Position numbers and translations under genes: made by a program. 64,000 bases of DNA, taken from the NCBI GenBank assembly GCA_950097015.1, contig CATNEN010000038.1, forward strand, positions 27,776,001-27,840,000. The letters run 5' to 3'. Positions within the stretch are counted from its first letter, which is position 1. Each line of letters begins with the position of its first letter. Below, piece by piece: positions 32,061-45,330 of the stretch. Below the pieces are notes generated by a model. That model saw only the letters and a program-made list of their open reading frames with translations, did no database searches and was not told where the DNA came from. Origin of the DNA: Macrostomum hystrix (taxonomy: Eukaryota > Animalia > Platyhelminthes).

Positions 32061-34632
32061 ATTGGTAGATTTTGAATTGACAGACAATATCAATGGTGAC
32101 AGATTTTGAACTGACAGACAATATCAATGTTGACAGATTTTGAACTGACAGACCATATCAATGGTGACAGATTTTGAACTGACAGACCATATCAATGTTG
32201 ACAGATTTTGAATTGACAGACAATATCAATGTTGACAGATTTTGAACTGACAGACCATATCAATGTTGACAGATTTTGAATTGACAGACAATATCAATGT
32301 TGACAGATTTTGAATTGACAGACAATATCAATGTTGACAGATTTTGAACTGACAGACAATATCAGTGTTGACAGATTTTGAACTGACAGACCATATCAAT
32401 GTTGACAGATTTTGAACTGACAGACAATATCAATGTTAACAGATTTTGAATTGACAGACAATATCAATGTTGACAGATTTTGAACTGACAATATCAATGT
32501 TGACAGATTTTGAATTGACAGACAATATCAATGTTGACAGATTTTGAACTGACAGACAATATCAATGTTGACAGATTTTGAACTGACAGACAATATCAGT
32601 GTTGAAAGATTTTGAACTGACAGACAATATCAGTGTTGACAGATTTTGAACTGACAGACAATATCAGTGTTGACAGATTTTGAACTGACAGACAATATCA
32701 GTGTTGACAGATTTTGAACTGACAGACAATATCAGTGTTGACAGATTTTGAATTGACAGACAATATCAATGTTGACAGATTTTGAACTGACAGACCATAT
32801 CAATGTTGACAGATTTTGAACTGACAGACAATATCAATGTTGACAGATTTTGAACTGACAGACAATATCAGTGTTGGTAGATTTTGAACTGACAAGCTAA
32901 ATCAATGTTGGTAGATTTTGAACTGACAAGCTAAATCAATATTGGTAGATTTTGAACTGACAAGCTAAATCAATGTTGGTAGATTTTGAACTGACAAGCT
33001 AAATCAATATTGGTAGATTTTGAACTGACAAGCTAAATCAATGTTGGTAGATTTTGAACTGACAAGCTAAATCAATGTTGGTAGATTTTGAACTGACAAG
33101 CTAAATCAATATTGGTAGATTTTGAACTGACAAGCTAAATCAATGTTGGTAGATTTTGAACTGACAAGCTAAATCAATGTTGGTAGATTTTGAACTGACA
33201 AGCTAAATCAATGTTGGTAGATTTTGAACTGACAGACAATATCAGTGTTGACAGATTCTGAACTGACAGACAATATCAATGTTGGTAGATTTTGAACTGA
33301 CAAGCTAAATCAATATTGGTAGATTTTGAACTGACAGACCATATCAATGTTGGTAGATTTTGAACTGACAAGCTAAATCAATGTTGGTAGATTTTGAACT
33401 GACAGACAATATCAGTGTTGACAGATTCTGAACTGACAGACAATATCAATGTTGGTAGATTTTGAACTGACAAGCTAAATCAATATTGGTAGATTTTGAA
33501 CTGACAGACCATATCAATGTTGGTAGATTTTGAACTGACAAGCTAAATCAATATTGGTAGATTTTGAACTGACAAGCTAAATCAATATTGGTAGATTTTG
33601 AACTGACAAGCTAAATCAATATTGGTAGATTTTGAACTGACAAGCTAAATCAATATTGGTAGATTTTGAACTGACAAGCTAAATCAATATTGGTAGATTT
33701 TGAACTGACAAGCTAAATCAATGTTGGTAGATTTTGAACTGACAAGCTAAATCAATGTTGGTAGATTTTGAACTGACAAGCTAAATCAATATTGGTAGAT
33801 TTTGAACTGACAAGCTAAATCAATGTTGGTAGATTTTGAACTGACAAGCTAAATCAATATTGGTAGATTTTGAACTGACAAGCTAAATCAATGTTGGTAG
33901 ATTTTGAACTGACAAGCTAAATCAATGTTGGTAGATTTTGAACTGACAAGCTAAATCAATGTTGGTAGATTTTGAACTGACAAGCTAAATCAATATTGGT
34001 AGATTTTGAACTGACAAGCTAAATCAATGTTGGTAGACTTTGAACTGACAAGCTAAATCAATATTGGTAGATTTTGAACTGACAAGCTAAATCAATGTTG
34101 GTAGATTTTGAACTGACAAGCTAAATCAATGTTGGTAGATTTTGAACTGACAAGCTAAATCAATATTGGTAGATTTTGAACTGACAAGCTAAATCAATGT
34201 TGGTAGATTTTGAACTGACAAGCTAAATCAATATTGGTAGATTTTGAACTGACAAGCTAAATCAATATTGGTAGATTTTGAACTGACAAGCTAAATCAAT
34301 GTTGGTAGATTTTGAACTGACAAGCTAAATCAATATTGGTAGATTTTGAACTGACAAGCTAAATCAATGTTGGTAGATTTTGAACTGACAAGCTAAATCA
34401 ATGTTGGTAGATTTTGAACTGACAAGCTAAATCAATGTTGGTAGATTTTGAACTGACAAGCTAAATCAATATTGGTAGATTTTGAACTGACAAGCTAAAT
34501 CAATGTTGGTAGACTTTGAACTGACAAGCTAAATCAATATTGGTAGATTTTGAACTGACAAGCTAAATCAATGTTGGTAGATTTTGAACTGACAAGCTAA
34601 ATCAATGTTGGTAGATTTTGAACTGACAAGCT
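32061..34632. repeat. 34-bp minisatellite with two subtypes (TTGACAGATTTTGAACTGACAGACAATATCAATG, then TTGGTAGATTTTGAACTGACAAGCTAAATCAATR)
   Basis: Directly visible. The right part is duplicated at 40743-42190. Confidence 0.96.
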
Positions 34633-35476
34633 AAAACAAGATTTCGATTTTGAACACAAACAAGCTTTCCGATTCTGATAATCGAGAATAACAAAATAAA
34701 CAAGACTCAAAACACGAAACGAAACGACTTAGAACCGAGGAAGCTACAAACGCGAACTAAAAATATTGTTGAGCTATGAGGACAAACAATACAAACAATT
34801 CACATTTGTTATATTCTCTGATTTAACTGAAAAAATCTGTTTATTTTTATTGTGAAACTAAAATAATCTAAACAGAACACGCGAGGGTTGGTCATCCTAA
34901 ATTACAATAGCTACATGCGTTAGATGCTACTTAATAATTTTTATGGAAAACACTAAGCTAGGTTTAGTCAGTAAGCTGAAGTGGACAAAAACTATGATAG
35001 GTTTTAATGGTGAACTAAAAACTATTAAAGCGAGTAACAGTTTTATTAAAAAAACTATTTTTGTGATTGAAAACTAAACGTACAATAAAAGTTACTAGAA
35101 AAACAACAGCTGCACATTAATCCAGTTAATTTATGAATATGGTTAGAATAGTTGCATAGGTTAGGCGATGAAGCTTGTCAAGATATATCAATTCGATTTA
35201 ATTTAGGTTTTGATTCTACTGTAAACCTTTTAGTCTAGTTAAACAAATATTTATTACGTTTAGTACATCATATTAAGATATATTGACTTTCCTAATGTAC
35301 ATTAATTAAAAAATTGATGCTTGAATTTAATAAAATATCGATTTTCCCATGTACATTAGACAAAGTAAAAATATTAATAATAGTAATCTTTAGGTTTCTA
35401 TGAACGGAAAATTCTAACCATATAAAAATTCCAAAATGTGTGTTGGTCAGAACCTTCTCATTAAAGCATGATGTCA

Positions 35477-37771
35477 TCACTTGGCTTTGCCCTGATTGGC
35501 TACGCGCTCCATAGCTGCTTTGACCTCCGCTTCGCTAGCCAGATAATAACTCTTCACCGGTTTCAGATCTTTGTCCAATTCGTAAACCAGCGGAATTCCG
35601 GTCGGTATGTTCAGCTCCACAATATCCTGATCACCAATATTATCCAGGTATTTCACTAGGCCTCGCAGGCTATTACCGTGAGCGGTGATCAGCACCCGCT
35701 TGCCGCTGCGAATGGTCGGCGCAATTACCTCATGCCAGTAAGGCAGCACGCGAGCCACCTTTGCGTTTTTTTGCAGGACGAATCGTATTTAGCTATCAGG
35801 TTTGAGTAGTCACTAATCTCATCTAATACACATGGATTATCAGGCTTGAGTAGTCACTAATCTCATCTCATACACATATGGATTATCAGGCTTGAGTAGT
35901 CACTAATCTCATCTCATACACATATGGATTATCAGGCTTGAGTAGTCACTAATCTCATCTCATACACATATGGATTATCAGGCTTGAGTAGTCACTAATC
36001 TCATCTCATACACATATGGATTATCAGGTTTGAGTAGTCACTAATCTCATCTCATACACATATGGATTATCAGGCTTGAGTAGTCACTAATCTCACATCA
36101 TACACCAATTGATTATCAGGCTTGAGTAGTCACTAATCTCACCTGATACACCAATTGATTATCAGGCTTGAGTAGTCACTAATCTCACCTCATACACCAA
36201 TTGATTATCAGGCTTGAGTAGTCACTAATCTCATCTCATACACGTATGGATTATCAGGTTTGAGTAGTCACTAATCTCATCTCATACACGTATGGATTAT
36301 CAGGTTTGAGTAGTCACTAATCTCACCTCATACACATATGGATTATCAGGCTTGAGTAGTCACTAATCTCATCTCATACACATATGGATTATCAGGCTTG
36401 AGTAGTCACTAATCTCATCTCATACACGTATGGATTATCAGGTTTGAGTAGTCACTAATCTCATCTCATACACGTATGGATTATCAGGTTTGAGTAGTCA
36501 CTAATCTCACCTCATACACATATGGATTATCAGGCTTGAGTAGTCACTAATGTCATACAATTGACTCACTGTGTCCTTCAGGCACTCGTGCCTCGGCACC
36601 TGGCTAGGATCCAGATCTTTATAGCGCGGATCGGAGCCCGGATACTGATCGGATGTGGTCTCCACGGCTGGCGGCGGAATGTCGTACGAGCGACGCCAGA
36701 TCTTAACCTGCGACGAAGGCGAGATTGGAATTTATGATAATCCAGTATTTACTCTGTGTTTGGATAATTATTGAGATATGTGATTCATCTAGAGTCACGT
36801 GAGTCACCTTGAGTCACGTGATTCAACTCGAGTCACGTGGTTAAACGTTGATATTCTAAATTACTCATTGATCTAGCATGGAATCCTTGGCCCCTGTCTA
36901 GTCTGACAGCTTAGTCTGAGATAATCCTTAAACTAGTCCGAGATACCCCTGACCTAGTCTGAGAAAATCCTTGACCTAGCCTGAGATAATCCTTGACCTA
37001 GCCTGGGATAATCCTTGACCTAGCTTGAGATAATCTTTGACCTAGCCTGAGATAATCCTTGACCTAGCCTGAGATAATCCTTGACCTAGCCTGAGATAAT
37101 CCTTGACCTAGCCTGAGATAATACTTGACCTTGTCTAATATAATCCTTGACTTAGTCTAAGATAATCCTTGACCTAGCCTAAGATAATTATTGACTGTGA
37201 TAATCGTTAACAATGTCTGAGATTATCCTTGATCCATTCTGAGATAATCCTTGATATAGTCTGTGATCTTGACCCATTCTGAGATAATCATCGACCTAGC
37301 CTGAGATAATCCTTGACCTAGTCTGCGATTTTTATCTAGGTTGAGATAATCCTACTCTCAGTTCCTAGACCTAGTCTTAATCCTAATCGTACTCCTAATC
37401 CTTGACCTAGTCTCAAATGCTTGAACTCAGCTGACCTGATCTTCGCCATGCTTAGCAGCAGTTTCGCTTTTGTTAAGACCCTGCAGGCCGCCGTACATTC
37501 GCTCATTGAGGCGCCAATGCTTGTGCACAGGAATCCAGTGCAGATCTAGCACATCCAATACGTGATTTAATGTCTTAATAGCGCGCTTCAAAACGCTGGT
37601 ATAGGCCACGTCGAAGCTTAGGCCCTTCTTCTTGATCATCTCGCCGGCATTCTTAGCCTCTTCATTGCCAACATCGGATAAATCGGCGTCAATCCAGCCG
37701 CAGAAGCGATTCTCCTTGTTGAAGTTAGACTCCCCGTGACGAATCAGTACTAGAGTGTAGGCGGCAGACAT
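35477..37771 (-). CDS. PGAM: 2,3-BPG-dependent phosphoglycerate mutase, copy 1; 3 exons, 251 aa
   Basis: Exons 37771-37436, 36707-36570, 35758-35477, phase 0. [63 protein letters not shown]. Confidence 0.97.
35793..36550. repeat. 46-bp minisatellite filling PGAM intron 2 (copy at 43352-44109)
   Basis: Unit GGATTATCAGGCTTGAGTAGTCACTAATCTCATCTCATACACATAT. Confidence 0.95.
36792..36840. promoter_or_regulatory. Three GTCACGTG E-boxes at 19-bp spacing with overlapping TGAGTCA sites, PGAM intron 1
   Basis: CACGTG at 36796, 36815, 36834. TGAGTCA at 36800 and 36810. Function is inferred only. Confidence 0.3.
36915..37410. repeat. 22-bp minisatellite in PGAM intron 1 (copy at 44474-44969)
   Basis: Unit GAGATAATCCTTGACCTAGCCT, degenerate at the edges. 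Confidence 0.9.
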
Positions 37772-38399
37772 GCTGACTTTTCGTTTTAAAAGTAATTCTT
37801 TAAACACTGCAATGTTTGAATGTTTGAACACCATAATGCTAAATATGATATATGAACCATAAATTAAGCATATCTATGATCTAACCATCTTGTTTTTTTT
37901 CAAAATAATATTTAAATATTACAAAAAATTATATGAAATAACAATATGAATTGATATTTTAACTAAAAATTACATAGCTAGCAGTACAGGAAAGTCACTA
38001 AAGAACAAAACTAGCTTACATTGCTATAAACAATTAATAAATTGATTTAGAGACTAGAGTACTGTTCTATTGTTTCTATAGCAAAGTCTAAAGATACAAT
38101 TTTGCTTTTTAACTTTTTAATGAAGTTTTAGTTTTGCAAGCAGGTAGCTTTAAGCTATCATAGGATGACTTTTTACTGCAAGGACTTTTACACATTGGTA
38201 TGAAAGTTTTTCAATTATTAATGATTGGTTTAAAAATAATCATTTATAAAGTTAATAAATTTAACTAGAATTGGACAAAAATTAAGTAATGTAGTAGGGA
38301 TGCTTTAACACTGAATCTTGTTTTTATTAAATTGGTACTAATATTTTTGTTAGGTGCACAAACTTGTCAAATATTTTATACACAAAAATATGAATATCT

Positions 38400-38880
38400 G
38401 TATCTGAATGAATATACGTATAATATGAATATTTTACATGTTGAGTTAGTTGAGGCCGTGACCCTCTGATCTGTTCAGTGAATACTGGTTTAAGAAAAGG
38501 CCTTAGAGAGATTGCTTGTGCCAAGTGATATACTACCACAGAGAGAGAGATAAAGTGATAATCCCTGTTACAACCTTGGTGGCAGCAGTGGGATCAGTAA
38601 AAAAACAGATAATTGACCCATTGATGAGTAAGATCAAGATATAGATCAAGCCCAAGCATAGGATTAAATCGATGCACTTGCTGAAGAATTAAAAAATAGG
38701 TTGGAGATTGTTCATGTAAAGATTAAAAAATTCACACCTAGTCAGGAAATTCAGAGGTGTCTCACCACATTTGATCATAGATGCCCGCCAGAAGGAATTT
38801 AAGTGGGCCATTGGAAGCAGGAATTGCTTGCCAAATTGTCCACAGAATTTGTGTCAGTTCAGAGAATGAACCTACCAGAA
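38400..38880 (+). mobile_element. Decayed gypsy-type LTR retrotransposon 5' part (LTR end, tRNA-Leu-like PBS, gag remnant); copy at ~45960-46440
   Basis: TGTTACA (38566-38572) followed by TGGTGGCAGCAGTGGGATC (38577-38595), then a gag-like KIKKFTPSQEIQRCLTTFDHRC..KWAI. A second PBS-like TTGACAGCAGCAGTGGGATT lies at ~39634. Confidence 0.55.
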
Positions 38881-41800
38881 AACCTTGAATATGAAAAATT
38901 TATGAAAATAATTAAATAGTAATTAATAGAAAGATTTGGATACATGGAAAATAAAACACTATAAATGGAATTTATTGCATAACTATAGCTTTTTCATTAA
39001 AAACCTATTTTTTATGATGTAGACCGAATCTTTTTAAGTTGAAAAACCGCGATTTTGTTTTAATTCCTGTAAAATACGTAAATTTGTTTTAATCTGAAAA
39101 TAATTTGTTTAAATGTACCGTAATTATTTTGTTTAAACAATAAAATTTTGGTATAAATACAGGAGCAAAAGTGAGAAAGAAATTAACCTTGTTCAACACA
39201 GTTTGAATCAAAGTTCGTATACAATACTCAGAATTGTGTTCTTTTCATTCTTTATAAAACATACGGAGACAAATACTAAGAAGGATTCCAGAGAGAGAAA
39301 TAGAAAGTATTGCTGTACACTTGAGATCATTGGTAACACTCTTCGGAAAGCCTATACTCAGAAATACATCCATGCGATAATTATTCGGCCAGAATAACTA
39401 AATACGCTACCTTAGACTAACTAAAGACAATATTCAAAGATAACTAAATACGCTACCAAGAAATTCTTTTGGATATATAGAATACATTCTCAGAAATTAA
39501 TTCTAAGAAACATTAACAGTAAAGAATACAACAACATTGTGAGAGTAACAGTTAGAATAATAATTAGCGCTAGAACAACTTTGGTGGTATTCAGTAGAAT
39601 AATAAAATATTATAAAATAACCCTAGGACAACTTTGACAGCAGCAGTGGGATTAATTAGCCCTACAACATTTAATAAACAATTTGTGATGTTGGCTTGTG
39701 TGGCCTTTCAGGCTGATTGTTTTAATACTAATGTGGGCTGTGCCATTAACAATATATATTTGTGCTTATGTGGCCTAATATTATTGTTAGAGTTCTACTG
39801 TAGCTATGGATACAACTATGGGAAATTACAGATTTGGACCTTTTTGGACAAATTTAGGGATATAGACATAAGACATGGTTATGAGAAATTTAGTTTCTTA
39901 TATCTAGTTTCTGCATCTTGAGTTCTCAAGAAGAACCTATAATTTGCACTGAAGTGAGTAAAAATAAACAGTGCAGAGACAATGCCTTATGACAGCTAAG
40001 GACAATTCACAGATTTCAAAGAATTTATGAAGACACTTTGGCTTATAATGGGAACTCTAAATTCCTTAGTATCCAGTATTCAAGCCTAAAAAATTGTGGT
40101 TGGGTTTTACCTTAATCTGCTGACTGTTGGTGGGTTATAATAATAGACAGGATGTCACAAGATTTATAACAAAGGCAATTCTTTAGCCTGCCTATGATAA
40201 AAACTATTAATCCCCAGTTGTGGCTATGGGGACTCAAGCTTTAGGATTTCAATGCATGCAATTATAATTATAGGATGATGGAGAGGGCTTTACCCTAAAC
40301 CTGTTGAGTCTTACAAAAGGCTCTGATTGGCTGCAGTCTCTCTCATTGTGTCTTTCTCGTGATGTCTCTGAGTAACATGCATTTATATCTCTTAAAGCAT
40401 GTTTAAGAGATGCTGTGGAGGTTATAGAACAGTAATTTTTTGTCACAAATATGCTTAGGCCTTAGACCATGAAAAAATGTGGGTACAGACAGAACTCTAA
40501 TAATAGACAGACTATGGTTGATAGTAAGTAATAAGAGATTTTGAATTGCAAAAATACTTCACCAAAAACAAGAGCAGATAATAAATATTTTTAGATTTTT
40601 TCCCAATATAAATTATAGGCCCTACTTAAGTCTGAGACTTGGCTAAACAAACTATGCCAATACTAGGCAGTATTTGAAATTATTTACTAGGGCCTAATTC
40701 AATAAGTTTTTATGCTTTTAGTTGTGAGAGATTTTGCCGGCGAGATTTTGAACTGACAAGCTAAATCAATGTTGGTAGATTTTGAACTGACAGACAATAT
40801 CAGTGTTGACAGATTCTGAACTGACAGACAATATCAATGTTGGTAGATTTTGAACTGACAAGCTAAATCAATATTGGTAGATTTTGAACTGACAGACCAT
40901 ATCAATGTTGGTAGATTTTGAACTGACAAGCTAAATCAATGTTGGTAGATTTTGAACTGACAGACAATATCAGTGTTGACAGATTCTGAACTGACAGACA
41001 ATATCAATGTTGGTAGATTTTGAACTGACAAGCTAAATCAATATTGGTAGATTTTGAACTGACAGACCATATCAATGTTGGTAGATTTTGAACTGACAAG
41101 CTAAATCAATATTGGTAGATTTTGAACTGACAAGCTAAATCAATATTGGTAGATTTTGAACTGACAAGCTAAATCAATATTGGTAGATTTTGAACTGACA
41201 AGCTAAATCAATATTGGTAGATTTTGAACTGACAAGCTAAATCAATATTGGTAGATTTTGAACTGACAAGCTAAATCAATGTTGGTAGATTTTGAACTGA
41301 CAAGCTAAATCAATGTTGGTAGATTTTGAACTGACAAGCTAAATCAATATTGGTAGATTTTGAACTGACAAGCTAAATCAATGTTGGTAGATTTTGAACT
41401 GACAAGCTAAATCAATATTGGTAGATTTTGAACTGACAAGCTAAATCAATGTTGGTAGATTTTGAACTGACAAGCTAAATCAATGTTGGTAGATTTTGAA
41501 CTGACAAGCTAAATCAATGTTGGTAGATTTTGAACTGACAAGCTAAATCAATATTGGTAGATTTTGAACTGACAAGCTAAATCAATGTTGGTAGACTTTG
41601 AACTGACAAGCTAAATCAATATTGGTAGATTTTGAACTGACAAGCTAAATCAATGTTGGTAGATTTTGAACTGACAAGCTAAATCAATGTTGGTAGATTT
41701 TGAACTGACAAGCTAAATCAATATTGGTAGATTTTGAACTGACAAGCTAAATCAATGTTGGTAGATTTTGAACTGACAAGCTAAATCAATATTGGTAGAT

Positions 41801-43034
41801 TTTGAACTGACAAGCTAAATCAATATTGGTAGATTTTGAACTGACAAGCTAAATCAATGTTGGTAGATTTTGAACTGACAAGCTAAATCAATATTGGTAG
41901 ATTTTGAACTGACAAGCTAAATCAATGTTGGTAGATTTTGAACTGACAAGCTAAATCAATGTTGGTAGATTTTGAACTGACAAGCTAAATCAATGTTGGT
42001 AGATTTTGAACTGACAAGCTAAATCAATATTGGTAGATTTTGAACTGACAAGCTAAATCAATGTTGGTAGACTTTGAACTGACAAGCTAAATCAATATTG
42101 GTAGATTTTGAACTGACAAGCTAAATCAATGTTGGTAGATTTTGAACTGACAAGCTAAATCAATGTTGGTAGATTTTGAACTGACAAGCTAAAACAAGAT
42201 TTCGATTTTGAACACAAACAAGCTTTCCGATTCTGATAATCGAGAATAACAAAATAAACAAGACTCAAAACACGAAACGAAACGACTTAGAACCGAGGAA
42301 GCTACAAACGCGAACTAAAAATATTGTTGAGCTATGAGGACAAACAATACAAACAATTCACATTTGTTATATTCTCTGATTTAACTGAAAAAATCTGTTT
42401 ATTTTTATTGTGAAACTAAAATAATCTAAACAGAACACGCGAGGGTTGGTCATCCTAAATTACAATAGCTACATGCGTTAGATGCTACTTAATAATTTTT
42501 ATGGAAAACACTAAGCTAGGTTTAGTCAGTAAGCTGAAGTGGACAAAAACTATGATAGGTTTTAATGGTGAACTAAAAACTATTAAAGCGAGTAACAGTT
42601 TTATTAAAAAAACTATTTTTGTGATTGAAAACTAAACGTACAATAAAAGTTACTAGAAAAACAACAGCTGCACATTAATCCAGTTAATTTATGAATATGG
42701 TTAGAATAGTTGCATAGGTTAGGCGATGAAGCTTGTCAAGATATATCAATTCGATTTAATTTAGGTTTTGATTCTACTGTAAACCTTTTAGTCTAGTTAA
42801 ACAAATATTTATTACGTTTAGTACATCATATTAAGATATATTGACTTTCCTAATGTACATTAATTAAAAAATTGATGCTTGAATTTAATAAAATATCGAT
42901 TTTCCCATGTACATTAGACAAAGTAAAAATATTAATAATAGTAATCTTTAGGTTTCTATGAACGGAAAATTCTAACCATATAAAAATTCCAAAATGTGTG
43001 TTGGTCAGAACCTTCTCATTAAAGCATGATGTCA

Positions 43035-45330
43035 TCACTTGGCTTTGCCCTGATTGGCTACGCGCTCCATAGCTGCTTTGACCTCCGCTTCGCTAGCCAG
43101 ATAATAACTCTTCACCGGTTTCAGATCTTTGTCCAATTCGTAAACCAGCGGAATTCCGGTCGGTATGTTCAGCTCCACAATATCCTGATCACCAATATTA
43201 TCCAGGTATTTCACTAGGCCTCGCAGGCTATTACCGTGAGCGGTGATCAGCACCCGCTTGCCGCTGCGAATGGTCGGCGCAATTACCTCATGCCAGTAAG
43301 GCAGCACGCGAGCCACCTTTGCGTTTTTTTTGCAGGACGAATCGTATTTAGCTATCAGGTTTGAGTAGTCACTAATCTCATCTAATACACATGGATTATC
43401 AGGCTTGAGTAGTCACTAATCTCATCTCATACACATATGGATTATCAGGCTTGAGTAGTCACTAATCTCATCTCATACACATATGGATTATCAGGCTTGA
43501 GTAGTCACTAATCTCATCTCATACACATATGGATTATCAGGCTTGAGTAGTCACTAATCTCATCTCATACACATATGGATTATCAGGTTTGAGTAGTCAC
43601 TAATCTCATCTCATACACATATGGATTATCAGGCTTGAGTAGTCACTAATCTCACATCATACACCAATTGATTATCAGGCTTGAGTAGTCACTAATCTCA
43701 CCTGATACACCAATTGATTATCAGGCTTGAGTAGTCACTAATCTCACCTCATACACCAATTGATTATCAGGCTTGAGTAGTCACTAATCTCATCTCATAC
43801 ACGTATGGATTATCAGGTTTGAGTAGTCACTAATCTCATCTCATACACGTATGGATTATCAGGTTTGAGTAGTCACTAATCTCACCTCATACACATATGG
43901 ATTATCAGGCTTGAGTAGTCACTAATCTCATCTCATACACATATGGATTATCAGGCTTGAGTAGTCACTAATCTCATCTCATACACGTATGGATTATCAG
44001 GTTTGAGTAGTCACTAATCTCATCTCATACACGTATGGATTATCAGGTTTGAGTAGTCACTAATCTCACCTCATACACATATGGATTATCAGGCTTGAGT
44101 AGTCACTAATGTCATACAATTGACTCACTGTGTCCTTCAGGCACTCGTGCCTCGGCACCTGGCTAGGATCCAGATCTTTATAGCGCGGATCGGAGCCCGG
44201 ATACTGATCGGATGTGGTCTCCACGGCTGGCGGCGGAATGTCGTACGAGCGACGCCAGATCTTAACCTGCGACGAAGGCGAGATTGGAATTTATGATAAT
44301 CCAGTATTTACTCTGTGTTTGGATAATTATTGAGATATGTGATTCATCTAGAGTCACGTGAGTCACCTTGAGTCACGTGATTCAACTCGAGTCACGTGGT
44401 TAAACGTTGATATTCTAAATTACTCATTGATCTAGCATGGAATCCTTGGCCCCTGTCTAGTCTGACAGCTTAGTCTGAGATAATCCTTAAACTAGTCCGA
44501 GATACCCCTGACCTAGTCTGAGAAAATCCTTGACCTAGCCTGAGATAATCCTTGACCTAGCCTGGGATAATCCTTGACCTAGCTTGAGATAATCTTTGAC
44601 CTAGCCTGAGATAATCCTTGACCTAGCCTGAGATAATCCTTGACCTAGCCTGAGATAATCCTTGACCTAGCCTGAGATAATACTTGACCTTGTCTAATAT
44701 AATCCTTGACTTAGTCTAAGATAATCCTTGACCTAGCCTAAGATAATTATTGACTGTGATAATCGTTAACAATGTCTGAGATTATCCTTGATCCATTCTG
44801 AGATAATCCTTGATATAGTCTGTGATCTTGACCCATTCTGAGATAATCATCGACCTAGCCTGAGATAATCCTTGACCTAGTCTGCGATTTTTATCTAGGT
44901 TGAGATAATCCTACTCTCAGTTCCTAGACCTAGTCTTAATCCTAATCGTACTCCTAATCCTTGACCTAGTCTCAAATGCTTGAACTCAGCTGACCTGATC
45001 TTCGCCATGCTTAGCAGCAGTTTCGCTTTTGTTAAGACCCTGCAGGCCGCCGTACATTCGCTCATTGAGGCGCCAATGCTTGTGCACAGGAATCCAGTGC
45101 AGATCTAGCACATCCAATACGTGATTTAATGTCTTAATAGCGCGCTTCAAAACGCTGGTATAGGCCACGTCGAAGCTTAGGCCCTTCTTCTTGATCATCT
45201 CGCCGGCATTCTTAGCCTCTTCATTGCCAACATCGGATAAATCGGCGTCAATCCAGCCGCAGAAGCGATTCTCCTTGTTGAAGTTAGACTCCCCGTGACG
45301 AATCAGTACTAGAGTGTAGGCGGCAGACAT
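43035..45330 (-). CDS. PGAM: Phosphoglycerate mutase, copy 2; 3 exons, 251 aa
   Basis: Exons 45330-44995, 44266-44129, 43316-43035. Same translation as copy 1. Confidence 0.95.

Noticed and set aside
26350-36550. CRISPR-like arrays (33-46-bp periods)
   Set aside because: Head-to-tail units with no unique spacers, no cas genes, eukaryotic context.
37772-37834. N-terminal extension of PGAM (MVFKHSNI...)
   Set aside because: AT-rich and unlike PGAM. Homology begins at [15 protein letters not shown] (ATG 37771).
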